Positions 1 to 7,734 of a DNA stretch of 64,000 nt are shown piece after piece. The notes beneath the pieces were generated by a model. That model saw only the letters and a program-made list of their open reading frames with translations. It searched no databases and was not told the origin of the DNA. The position numbers were made by a program, and so were the translations under genes. Each line of letters opens with the position of its first letter. The first letter of the stretch is position 1. Source of the DNA: a virus; the IMG/VR virus record IMGVR_UViG_3300035158_000384, positions 1-64,000 of that record; one strand, given 5' to 3'.

Positions 1-241
1 ACTGTCGCCAGATGTATTTAGGCTCGGGTGGCTGCTCAGGGTCCAGCCGACACACATAAAGAGGCCAAGCGGGGTTAGCAGGGCCAATGCCTAAAGAATC
101 CAGATACTCCGGGCTCGGAGTGTATGCAAGACACTTCTCCAATGTGCCCGGTCCATATACGCCACCAAAGCCTTCACCCGTCGTAACGAGTATGCCGACG
201 CCGTAGACCTCACCGTCCGCTTTTACCTGCTTCTCACTCAC
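1..241 (-). CDS. hypothetical protein, partial (runs off window start)
   Basis: GTG at 239-241 with GAGGGAGG RBS; frame MSEKQVKADG... stays open to position 1; not in the ORF track. Confidence 0.55.
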   Translation of the reverse strand, partial: MSEKQVKADGEVYGVGILVTTGEGFGGVYGPGTLEKCLAYTPSPEYLDSLGIGPANPAWPLYVCRLDPEQPPEPKYIWRQ

Positions 242-1169
242 ATGTACCTCCCTCAAGAGAGTCGAACACCTCTAAAGTCTGTGCGTCGTAGTCAGAGAAC
301 AGTTCATGTTGTTTACAAAATTCTTGAGCCTCCTCTAACGTCCCGAAGGAATCCAACCAGAAGCCAGCTTTTCCAGAGTCGGCATCCGCAAAAACAACCG
401 ACCACAGAACCTCTCCTGCCTCGTTGTTATGGTCAATCAAAACACGCGGCTTCTCTGCAAAAAGACGATCACGTTCACGTATCGTGTCGGTTTCCTCATT
501 TGTGGTTGCGTCTTTGTAGTAAGCTGTGATTCCAACGTACATCTCGCCTTTGTCCTCCGCTGGTCCTGCCGTAACCTCGAACGGCACAGGGTGTGCGCAC
601 AACATCTCCCGCAAGGACGGTTCGAGCGCATCAATCAACTCTTCCATACTGACCTCAAGCCCAAGCCTACGCCCTACCAAGGGCTTGCACGCTTCTCGTA
701 ACACCTCTTTGACGGATTCAAACGAATAGTCGTGATCATCGTATACGCTACCTGTTATCCTGCTTTTGGTTTCCTCATAAGACAGTCCCATAACGTCGTT
801 CTCGTGACACAGATAGGCGGTTTTTCCTACCCCAACCCATTCTCTGACTCTCCACGCAAGCGCTATGGCAAACTTTGCGAACTCTGCGCTTTGCTCTGCA
901 TGTTTGCCGGGCCAGATGAAACACCAATTGGACAGGCAAGTGTAAACCGTAGTCCAATTAACCAGCAGCGGTCCACCGTCTTGTATCCATCCCTTTTCGT
1001 CCGTGGTACAGAAAGGAAACCCCTTTCTGAACTCTCCATCTCCCAACTCGAACACTTCTGACTTGTCCGGTTTTACCAAGTACCAAGTTACGCCCATCTT
1101 TCTCCGCCTTCCTGTTTTGTGTGGGAAAAATAGAGGCCAGATGCCCGTCATAGCTACTCCGCTCTCCAT
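234..1169 (-). CDS. hypothetical phage protein
   Basis: 311-aa ORF co-oriented with neighbours; true start may be downstream. Confidence 0.7.
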   Translation of the reverse strand: MESGVAMTGIWPLFFPHKTGRRRKMGVTWYLVKPDKSEVFELGDGEFRKGFPFCTTDEKGWIQDGGPLLVNWTTVYTCLSNWCFIWPGKHAEQSAEFAKFAIALAWRVREWVGVGKTAYLCHENDVMGLSYEETKSRITGSVYDDHDYSFESVKEVLREACKPLVGRRLGLEVSMEELIDALEPSLREMLCAHPVPFEVTAGPAEDKGEMYVGITAYYKDATTNEETDTIRERDRLFAEKPRVLIDHNNEAGEVLWSVVFADADSGKAGFWLDSFGTLEEAQEFCKQHELFSDYDAQTLEVFDSLEGGTCE

Positions 1170-1445
1170 GAGGCTCGACCCACAAAACGTATCTCTCGGT
1201 GGTGGTGCGTTTCACGGGTGGTCCCCATACCAAGCTCGGTAGTCAATTCCGGGCACCCTTTCGGGAAAGCTAATTCCCTTGTGCCTTACCAGTAACCTCT
1301 ATGAAGGCTGGCCGCCGGGTCCAGCGCCGGTGCGCTGGCGGGGGTGTGGGGCGAGGAGCCCCACGAAGGGGCCAACCATTAACCACCACCTGACCGGGCG
1401 TTGGGAATCCCACGCGGTCACGGGGAAGAGGTGATGGGAAAAACC

Positions 1446-1628
1446 TCAGATTACGTGCATGAAGAGCGTCTCGCCAGTCTTCGGACACTCCCCACGAAAC
1501 TCAAACACCTCACCGTCTATCACCTTCGGCTCTGGTAGTGGAACAAACTCTACCGATTCGTGGTTCTCGCCACACGATGAACAGTTCTTCACGGCGCGAG
1601 GACCAGAGCAGTTCTGTACGTCTGACAT
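1446..1628 (-). CDS. small Zn-ribbon-like protein
   Basis: GGAGG RBS before MSDVQN; CxxCG and CPKTG motifs. Confidence 0.6.
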   Translation of the reverse strand: MSDVQNCSGPRAVKNCSSCGENHESVEFVPLPEPKVIDGEVFEFRGECPKTGETLFMHVI

Positions 1629-1680
1629 TTGTTCCTCCGTTACAAGCAAAAAAACGGGAAAGAAGTGGTGGTAAAACACC

Positions 1681-2130
1681 TTACCCTCTGTTTTTATCTC
1701 GCTCACACGTTTTTCTCGAACCCTTTTTTAGTGGCCAGAAGCCTAGAGCTTTAGCTAATTTTATATGCTTGAAGGCTTCAAGAAGTCCACTATCGCCCCA
1801 CACTTCACGGGCCTTGGAAATGATAGCGGCACCATCTGATGCTTCTTTTTCATCCACGAGTTCCGACATTGCTTCTGTAACCTCGCCCACCGTAGCATCC
1901 TTTTTGGTTATTTGAATAGAGTCAGTTAGCAATGGGCAGTCGTTAGGGAAACCGCCTCGATCTATCTGCGCATCATGTGTAAGGTCTTCTCCGGTAAACC
2001 GACACTCTCTGTAGATGTCATCAGGATAATCACGGTAAAAAGGGCATTCACAACAAGCACCCACCACCCACACACGCTGAGGTTTTGCCGCCACAGCGTA
2101 GGGACCAAAGTAGTTCTGTACGTCTAGCAT
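1681..2130 (-). CDS. hypothetical Cys-rich protein
   Basis: 149-aa ORF, GGAG RBS, CxxCPF...C...CPL. Confidence 0.65.
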   Translation of the reverse strand: MLDVQNYFGPYAVAAKPQRVWVVGACCECPFYRDYPDDIYRECRFTGEDLTHDAQIDRGGFPNDCPLLTDSIQITKKDATVGEVTEAMSELVDEKEASDGAAIISKAREVWGDSGLLEAFKHIKLAKALGFWPLKKGSRKTCERDKNRG

Positions 2131-2304
2131 TTGTTACTCCGTTACAAGCAAAACAAGCGGGGGAGCGATAAAAGCGTCCCGTAGGAAGGCTCCCCCTTTC
2201 TTCAAGCCACCGTAAAGGCGGGTTCACGCAACTTGCCCAACGCTATTGGTTACATCCCCGTGGTTAGCAGGTTCAACACTATAACGCTTGTCAGGTCAAG
2301 AAGC

Positions 2305-2337
2305 GGAGACAGTATGGAGACAGTATGGAGACAGTAT
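2305..2337. repeat. tandem repeat 3 x GGAGACAGTAT
   Basis: three perfect 11-mers at 2305, 2316 and 2327. Confidence 0.95.
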
Positions 2338-2340
2338 GTG

Positions 2341-2931
2341 TCAAGCTGAATCCCTCATAGGACCAATGATCCAATCACGATCCCTGTCGGGGTCCATAAT
2401 GATCTTTAACGTGCCTTCCTCAACAGCAAAAAACCGCACGCGCCACCCGTCAGGCAATCTTAAACGACGTAGCCACTTCCACATGTAAGACGTCTTACCT
2501 CCCGCGTGTCGTGGAAGCGCAGGTACTCCGACGATCCAAAAAGCTTTATGCCGATCTAGTTCCCGGTACCCGTTCTCCATAACACGCCGTATATGCTTGC
2601 GGAAACGCACCAACACTCCCGAAGGGCCTACCTTCGGCGGCTTGGCTTTCTGGATGTGCTGTTCGACGGCAGCCCAGTAAGCGTAGTCATCCCGCTCTGC
2701 CGCATACCGCACATCCGGGCCGGAGATGTTGTCGAGCATGGTGTGAAATACCCCCCAGCACCTGTGTTCCATCCCCATGCGTCGATACTCTACCGCCAAT
2801 TGGAGGTACAAATCGACGTCCTGCGGGTACGCATATATCTGCTTCTGGATTTTTTGAGCCCTGTTGAACATGCACGCCTCCAACCCTAGACCAGCCGTAG
2901 CAGACCTCTCAGGATCGTCCGAATTTCTCAA
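2341..2931 (-). CDS. hypothetical protein
   Basis: 196-aa ORF in tight minus-strand gene run. Confidence 0.6.
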   Translation of the reverse strand: MRNSDDPERSATAGLGLEACMFNRAQKIQKQIYAYPQDVDLYLQLAVEYRRMGMEHRCWGVFHTMLDNISGPDVRYAAERDDYAYWAAVEQHIQKAKPPKVGPSGVLVRFRKHIRRVMENGYRELDRHKAFWIVGVPALPRHAGGKTSYMWKWLRRLRLPDGWRVRFFAVEEGTLKIIMDPDRDRDWIIGPMRDSA

Positions 2932-3346
2932 TCATCTCTTCTTTACTCATGATCAAGCACTCAGGAACCCTCCGAGTAACCTTCCGGTACTTAATGCCTC
3001 GAATCCAAAGCCAAAACATCCACCACCTAACGCGCTCGAAGAACGTCTTCTCCACAAGTCTTGAGCGGTACGCCGCTTTTTCATCGTCCTCAGCACCAAC
3101 AACGACCGCAACCTGTAGACCTTTAGCGCCACCCTCGACAGACTCCTCTAACTCGTCGAGGTGGCTGTCTAGCCTGTCAAGGTCTTCGTCCAGCTCTTCG
3201 ACGTAGTTTGAGAAGTCGTGTTCGATCCAATGAACGCCCGGCGATAGGAGTACCTTTGTTTGCGTCGAGGGTGTCCGAGGTTTGCTTTTCTTGCTCAATC
3301 CAAGGATTGACGCCACCCACTTACAAAAACGCCAAATATGCCGCAT
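2909..3346 (-). CDS. hypothetical protein
   Basis: 145-aa ORF, strong AGGAGG RBS. Confidence 0.65.
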   Translation of the reverse strand: MRHIWRFCKWVASILGLSKKSKPRTPSTQTKVLLSPGVHWIEHDFSNYVEELDEDLDRLDSHLDELEESVEGGAKGLQVAVVVGAEDDEKAAYRSRLVEKTFFERVRWWMFWLWIRGIKYRKVTRRVPECLIMSKEEMIEKFGRS

Positions 3347-3361
3347 CTCGTCCTCCTTCAG

Positions 3362-3458
3362 TAGCCCCGGCAGGAATCGAACCTGCTTCTAGTGTAGCAA
3401 GGGAAATCCCTTGGTGCGCACTTTCAACACTTGCCCATCACCAATGGGCCACAGGGCT
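3362..3458 (-). ncRNA. tRNA-like RNA with expanded anticodon arm
   Basis: acceptor AGCCCTG/CGGGGCT, D-arm GCCC/GGGC, T-arm GCAGG-TTCGATT-CCTGC; stem AGTGT/ACACT encloses 31 nt instead of 7. Confidence 0.75.
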
Positions 3459-3464
3459 TGACTC

Positions 3465-3770
3465 TTATTTTGCCTTTTCAACGGTGATGAACAATATACC
3501 GTTCCTTAAAGATGGCAAATCCTTTCGTAGTGTCCGTGTCTCCATATGGATCATCTCACGAGCGCATTTAGCTGATAAGGTGTCGGCTCCCTCCAACGCA
3601 TCCAGACATTGAGCCAAAAGCGCTCTCTTATACTCCTCTGTGCCCGGTTCTATGTAGCCTTTTCCATTGCACACTTCGCATATTGGACCACTTGAGGGCT
3701 TCTTCCAATACACTAGATACCCAGTTCCCTGACATCCGCCGGGGCATCCCAAGACTTCATTTTGTGACAT
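3465..3770 (-). CDS. DnaJ-type zinc-finger protein
   Basis: CPGGCQGTG and CEVCNGKG (CxxCxGxG-like) motifs. Confidence 0.6.
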   Translation of the reverse strand: MSQNEVLGCPGGCQGTGYLVYWKKPSSGPICEVCNGKGYIEPGTEEYKRALLAQCLDALEGADTLSAKCAREMIHMETRTLRKDLPSLRNGILFITVEKAK

Positions 3771-3810
3771 AAGGCAATGACCTCAAAAATCACCAACAAA
3801 ACAATTAGAG

Positions 3811-3894
3811 TAGGGGCACCGGGATTCGAACCCGGACGACCTTTCGGTCACGGGCTTTTAAGGCCCGAGCGTCTACCAATTCCACCATGCCCCC
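3811..3894 (-). tRNA. tRNA-Leu(TAA)
   Basis: cloverleaf; anticodon arm CGGGC-CTTAAAA-GCCCG; long variable arm. Confidence 0.95.
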
Positions 3895-3900
3895 AAAGAA

Positions 3901-4278
3901 CTATTCTGGAAACTTAACCTCACCTTCGCCTGTTACATAACAATCAAATTCAATTTTGTCAGCGGCAACGGGTGGGGTGAAAACGACCTTTGGAATATCC
4001 ACGCAGATAAACGGAAAGACAAAGCGGCGGAAAAAGGTCAAAACAGAATACTGGAAAAGCCCTTGGTTTTCGTTGGTCAAACCTTCCCAAGCTAGATCAA
4101 AAACCTCCTTCACTACTTTGGGTATAATAGCATCCATATCAAGGAAATCCCTACAAGGGAACTCCTTCCTATAGTCCTTAATTATCTCGAAAACCTTATC
4201 AACATCTTGGAAAAGACGATAAACACAGAAGGGCGGATTTTGAGCTTCGTTCTTGGAACAATCCATGTAGTCCTCCAA
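3901..4278 (-). CDS. hypothetical protein
   Basis: ORF with GGAGG upstream of the internal ATG. Confidence 0.6.
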   Translation of the reverse strand: MEDYMDCSKNEAQNPPFCVYRLFQDVDKVFEIIKDYRKEFPCRDFLDMDAIIPKVVKEVFDLAWEGLTNENQGLFQYSVLTFFRRFVFPFICVDIPKVVFTPPVAADKIEFDCYVTGEGEVKFPE

Positions 4279-4282
4279 AAGT

Positions 4283-4549
4283 TCATTCTTGCATCATTGA
4301 TTTCAAACGCTCAAACTCGGTTTTATCGAGGTGGAACCAAAATTCTTCCTCGATCCCCCCACTCCAAAATAGCACCACAAATTCTCCCGGTCGCGGTCGA
4401 ACATCTATCTCACCAGCATCACGATACCCAAGCACACGAATACCCGGTGCGAGAATGCCTCCCATCGTCACCTCATAAATGGAGCCTATCCCGCACGAGT
4501 ATGGACCGTAACTTTCAAAAGGAAAGCGCGTGCGAGAAAGATGCTCCAT
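4283..4549 (-). CDS. hypothetical protein
   Basis: 88-aa ORF, AGGAG RBS. Confidence 0.6.
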   Translation of the reverse strand: MEHLSRTRFPFESYGPYSCGIGSIYEVTMGGILAPGIRVLGYRDAGEIDVRPRPGEFVVLFWSGGIEEEFWFHLDKTEFERLKSMMQE

Positions 4550-4602
4550 TGCTTTTCTCCTGTTTATAATCCAACAACAAAGCTATTCAGAATCGGAAGA
4601 TA

Positions 4603-4863
4603 TTACACCTTCTTTGCTCTTGATCCGCTTTTCTGCTCTCGAACAACAGCCCGATAACAGTCGTAGCAAATAAAATGGTACAGGGGAGATTCCTTTATAC
4701 CTTGGAGTGAGACTTGATCAACCACTCGCAAGGTTCTCCCACAAACAGATTTTGCTGTTCCGTTATCCGTTTGAAGCGATAAATGTATAGCTCTACCCTT
4801 CGGGGATTGGCCTATGCCGTAAGTTTTCATGATGGCTCCGTTTTCAAAAAGGTCTCTCGGCAC
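4603..4863 (-). CDS. hypothetical protein, possible Zn-binding
   Basis: H...CG...CxxC pattern, GAGG RBS. Confidence 0.55.
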   Translation of the reverse strand: MPRDLFENGAIMKTYGIGQSPKGRAIHLSLQTDNGTAKSVCGRTLRVVDQVSLQGIKESPLYHFICYDCYRAVVREQKSGSRAKKV

Positions 4864-4872
4864 CTCTTTTTT

Positions 4873-5115
4873 TTATTGCCGCGCCTTCCAAGAGACAACC
4901 TTACCCCCGCCCCCTTTGTTGAAGCACCAACGCTCTGCACAACCCTTCTGTGCAAACCGATCCACCATCTCGTACCAATGACCATCCTCGAGCCGCTTTA
5001 GATTGTCGTCGATGTACTCGAGGGCATCCTGTTTGCGGTCAAGGTACACCTCCGCGTCGGATTCTTCGTTTTCCCAACATTGAATCACGATGTAGCGTTG
5101 TGAAAAATCACCCAT
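4873..5115 (-). CDS. hypothetical protein
   Basis: 80-aa ORF overlapping upstream gene stop. Confidence 0.6.
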   Translation of the reverse strand: MGDFSQRYIVIQCWENEESDAEVYLDRKQDALEYIDDNLKRLEDGHWYEMVDRFAQKGCAERWCFNKGGGGKVVSWKARQ

Positions 5116-5335
5116 TCTGCCCCCCTATATCGTCCGGTAGAGTAACACCCAAAGCCTTGGCTAAAGTCACCAGCGCCGCGTAGGGTGCTTGAGGATCAAT
5201 CGCACACATACCGTCTCCAACAACCTGCCTGATAGCTCTCTTGAGGCGTCTGCGCACCTTCGCCCACCCGATCACCGAATACCCGTATGCAGCCGCTTCG
5301 TCCTGCATCATGTCGTTGTAAGAAGGCTTGTCCAC
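5108..5335 (-). CDS. hypothetical protein
   Basis: 75-aa ORF directly below promoter 5376-5404. Confidence 0.6.
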   Translation of the reverse strand: MDKPSYNDMMQDEAAAYGYSVIGWAKVRRRLKRAIRQVVGDGMCAIDPQAPYAALVTLAKALGVTLPDDIGGQNG

Positions 5336-5375
5336 CTCGATCCCCCTTTAACAAAAAATCATACCCTTCGAAAAG

Positions 5376-5404
5376 AGTATACCACACGTTTGACATTGCG
5401 TCAA
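5376..5404 (-). promoter_or_regulatory. sigma70 promoter with overlapping palindromic box
   Basis: TTGACG-17 nt-TATACT with TG extension; palindrome TTGACATTGCGTCAA at 5390-5404. Confidence 0.8.
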
Positions 5405-5457
5405 GCTCTTTTTAGGAAAAATTACTGGGGGTTGCGAAAACTGGCGGGTTTATTTTG

Positions 5458-5532
5458 TCGGGCAGACAGGATTCGAACCTGCACCCTCCCGGACCCAAAC
5501 CGGGTGCTCCACTCAAGTTGAGCTACTGCCCG
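5458..5532 (-). tRNA. tRNA-Pro(TGG)
   Basis: anticodon arm CCCGG-TTTGGGT-CCGGG; canonical T-arm. Confidence 0.95.
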
Positions 5533-5546
5533 TATACATCGTCTTA

Positions 5547-5619
5547 TGGAGCCTGTGGGATTCGAACCCACTACCCCCACCGTGCAAAAGTGGTGCTCTC
5601 CCAAGTGAGCTAAGGCCCC
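5547..5619 (-). tRNA. tRNA-Ala(TGC)
   Basis: GGGGCCT/AGGCTCC acceptor with G3.U70; loop TTTGCAC. Confidence 0.95.
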
Positions 5620-5639
5620 GTTTGTCACTCTCACATTTG

Positions 5640-5724
5640 CGGAAGGTGTAGGATTCGAACCCACGGACCTCTCGGTCTTCGGTTTTCAAAACCGACGCCA
5701 TAAACCGGACTCGGCCAACCTTCC
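5640..5724 (-). tRNA. tRNA-Ser(TGA)
   Basis: TCGGT-TTTGAAA-ACCGA, long variable arm, G73. Confidence 0.95.
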
Positions 5725-5729
5725 TTTTG

Positions 5730-5803
5730 TAGTGCGGACGGGACTTGAACCCGTAACCTCGTGCTTATAAGGCACGCGCTCTCACCAGTTGAGCTACCGC
5801 ACC
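5730..5803 (-). tRNA. tRNA-Ile(TAT)
   Basis: CGTGC-CTTATAA-GCACG; canonical D and T arms. Confidence 0.9.
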
Positions 5804-5805
5804 AG

Positions 5806-6063
5806 TTATCCAGCCCACGTCATTTTTGACCACTTGTTCCACTTCTCGACCGCATCGGCTTTGCTGTCGGCGTATCTCACATGCAACGTGTGCTCTCTAT
5901 ATGATCCTTGTCCGTGTTTGGAGCAACACAGAAACAACCATATTCCACCCTGCCCCCTCCGCGACTCGTCGCAGATCAACATCGGCGGGGCTCCACACAT
6001 GCAGGGTTCGGCACCCAGCATTTTCGCCTCTGTTATGGCCTGTTCGGTTTCTGCGTCAGTCAC
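5806..6063 (-). CDS. Lar (restriction alleviation)-like Zn protein
   Basis: GAGGAGG RBS plus GTG; PCMCG...CC...ADAVEKWN resembles the Lar-family PCPFCG...AIEAWN pattern. Confidence 0.5.
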   Translation of the reverse strand: MTDAETEQAITEAKMLGAEPCMCGAPPMLICDESRRGQGGIWLFLCCSKHGQGSYREHTLHVRYADSKADAVEKWNKWSKMTWAG

Positions 6064-6089
6064 CGGCGGTACCTCCTCGGCGTAGTTTG

Positions 6090-6178
6090 TGGGAGCGGCT
6101 GGATTTGAACCAGCGAAAGTCAATACGACTATCGGGTTTACAGCCCGACTCCTTTGGCCAGACTCGGAACACGCTCCC
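6090..6178 (-). tRNA. tRNA-Tyr(GTA)
   Basis: TCGGG-CTGTAAA-CCCGA, long variable arm. Confidence 0.95.
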
Positions 6179-6201
6179 TCTATCCGTCTCGTTTACTTTT
6201 T

Positions 6202-6284
6202 TGGGGGCCGGAGCAGGACTCGAACCTACGACAAGTCAGACGAAGCGTGTTCGCCAACCGTTCTGCCAACTGAACTATCCGGCC
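6202..6284 (-). ncRNA. tRNA-like RNA with no canonical anticodon loop, encoded CCA
   Basis: acceptor GGCCGGA/TCCGGCC+C+CCA, D-arm GTTC/GAAC, T-loop TTCGAGT; anticodon arm is a ~9-bp stem with loop CACGC. Confidence 0.8.
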
Positions 6285-6595
6285 TTGTAAATGAACACCG
6301 GCGCTGTTAAGGGGTCAAAAGAAGGGTCAGTATCGAACGGGCATCCGTAGTAACGACAGCGAGGCACCCATCCGGGAGCCCCTCTCTTCCTAAAAGCGGG
6401 GTCAGTAATCCAACGCGGACGGTTAATGTAGACGCCTGTGAAACGACAGAAACCCACCGGTACCCCACTCCCCCAAATCGTTCCATCCAACGTGTCTCTC
6501 GGCTCTGCGTTCTGATCAACCTTACGCGAGTCCACAAAAGCGGGACACTCATTGCACGTTTGGGGGGCTTCACCTTTTGGCAACGTCCACAACAT
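6275..6595 (-). CDS. hypothetical Cys-rich protein
   Basis: CxxCP...C...CP pattern like 1681-2130; GAGGTGG RBS. Confidence 0.55.
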   Translation of the reverse strand: MLWTLPKGEAPQTCNECPAFVDSRKVDQNAEPRDTLDGTIWGSGVPVGFCRFTGVYINRPRWITDPAFRKRGAPGWVPRCRYYGCPFDTDPSFDPLTAPVFIYKAG

Positions 6596-6621
6596 TTACC
6601 ACCTCTGACTCCAACGCGCGT

Positions 6622-6699
6622 TGGCACACCCGGAAGGATTCGAACCCTCAATCTGCTGGTCCGTAGCCAGCCGCCTTAATCCAATTTGGCCACGGGTGT
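6622..6699 (-). tRNA. tRNA-Arg(ACG)
   Basis: GCTGG-CTACGGA-CCAGC; encoded CCA. Confidence 0.95.
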
Positions 6700-6706
6700 G
6701 TATAAG

Positions 6707-6779
6707 TACCCCGACGGGGAATTGAACCCTCGATTAGCGGATTGAAAGCCCGCCGTCCTAACCATTGGACCACCGGGGC
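6707..6779 (-). tRNA. tRNA-Glu(TTC)
   Basis: GCGGG-CTTTCAA-TCCGC. Confidence 0.9.
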
Positions 6780-6865
6780 ATTTAGAACGCTCTGCACATG
6801 CTCTTCTCCGTATTACACCGGCCCGACTCGAACAGTCCGCCCGTCAAGGATGAGGAAAGGGGGTG

Positions 6866-7117
6866 TTAATCGGGCACGGCGTCCTCGCCGCACTCCTCGA
6901 AGAGGGCGTCGTACACCCCCTCCGCTGCGGTGTCCAGTAGTTCCCCTTCGCTCAAGGAAGGGTGATCTTTCGTAGGGGAGAGCACCAGAACACCTTTTTT
7001 CTCGATTTCAGCCCAAATGTAGGGCCTCAAGTTCTCTGGCACCATCTTCTGAAAGTTCGCGCGGGTCTTGGTGCCCACAACATCAGCATTGAAGTGAATC
7101 ACATAAATCTCACCCAT
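6866..7117 (-). CDS. hypothetical protein
   Basis: GGAGGAGG RBS before MGEIYV. Confidence 0.6.
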   Translation of the reverse strand: MGEIYVIHFNADVVGTKTRANFQKMVPENLRPYIWAEIEKKGVLVLSPTKDHPSLSEGELLDTAAEGVYDALFEECGEDAVPD

Positions 7118-7174
7118 ATCGTCCTCCTCCTGTCTGATTGCGTAACCCTGTAACCGTTCTTCCAAAACAGCTTA

Positions 7175-7249
7175 CCCAGCATACGGGATTTGAACCCGTG
7201 TCACCGGATCGACAATCCGGTATTCTAAACCAAGCTGAACTAATGCCGG
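7175..7249 (-). tRNA. tRNA-Asp(GTC)
   Basis: CCGGA-TTGTCGA-TCCGG, G73. Confidence 0.9.
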
Positions 7250-7250
7250 T

Positions 7251-7328
7251 TGGTGGAGCGGGAGGGATTTGAACCCACGATGTTCTGCTTGTAAGGCAGA
7301 CGCCCTAACCAGACTAGGCCACCGCTCC
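7251..7328 (-). tRNA. tRNA-Val(TAC)
   Basis: TCTGC-CTTACAA-GCAGA, encoded CCA. Confidence 0.95.
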
Positions 7329-7421
7329 AAAACTGAAGGTGGGGGAGGAGTAAGAGGTCCAGACGAGTCCAAGGGTGTATCCCTCTTCTTGGTGCTATTG
7401 AAAAGTCGCACCGGGTAGTTG

Positions 7422-7496
7422 TTGCGGGGGTCGGATTTGAACCGACGTACTCGTGCTTATGAGGCACGCGAGGCGACCAGACTCCTCAACCCCGCA
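7422..7496 (-). tRNA. tRNA-Met(CAT), initiator-like body
   Basis: TGCGGGG/CCCCGCA acceptor, A11-U24 pair, TTCAAAT T-loop; arm CGTGC-CTCATAA-GCACG. Confidence 0.9.
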
Positions 7497-7502
7497 ATCA
7501 AA

Positions 7503-7584
7503 TGAACCAGCAAGGATCGTAGTGATTGGCTTTTAAGCCCTGATTATGAGTCAGGTGATTGTAATCACTCCGGCATCTGGTTCA
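7503..7584 (-). ncRNA. short Y RNA carrying an isolated anticodon-arm-like hairpin
   Basis: terminal stem TGAACCAG/CTGGTTCA, ATGC//ATCCTTG internal loop shared with the two neighbouring RNAs; downstream of the Ro60 gene. Confidence 0.8.
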
Positions 7585-7590
7585 ATATGA

Positions 7591-7725
7591 AAGGGCAGCA
7601 AGTATTGACAGAGAACGTGTACGGGGCCTAACCACTCGGCCACCCCCTCGTAAGTGAGGGGGGCAGGATTCGAACCTGCGTTCTCCGGCTTTCCAAGCAA
7701 AGTAGCTCTGCCAGCATCTACCCTT
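7591..7725 (-). ncRNA. YrlA-type Y RNA
   Basis: Ro-binding stem plus permuted tRNA domain: T-arm GCAGG-TTCGAAT-CCTGC, closed acceptor CCCCCTC/GAGGGGG, D-arm GCC/GGC. Confidence 0.88.
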
Positions 7726-7734
7726 ATTTGTTTT

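Noticed and set aside
7329-7421. Spacer between tRNA-Met and tRNA-Val as an HDV-like (theta) ribozyme
   Set aside because: Hairpins exist but I could not build the nested double pseudoknot
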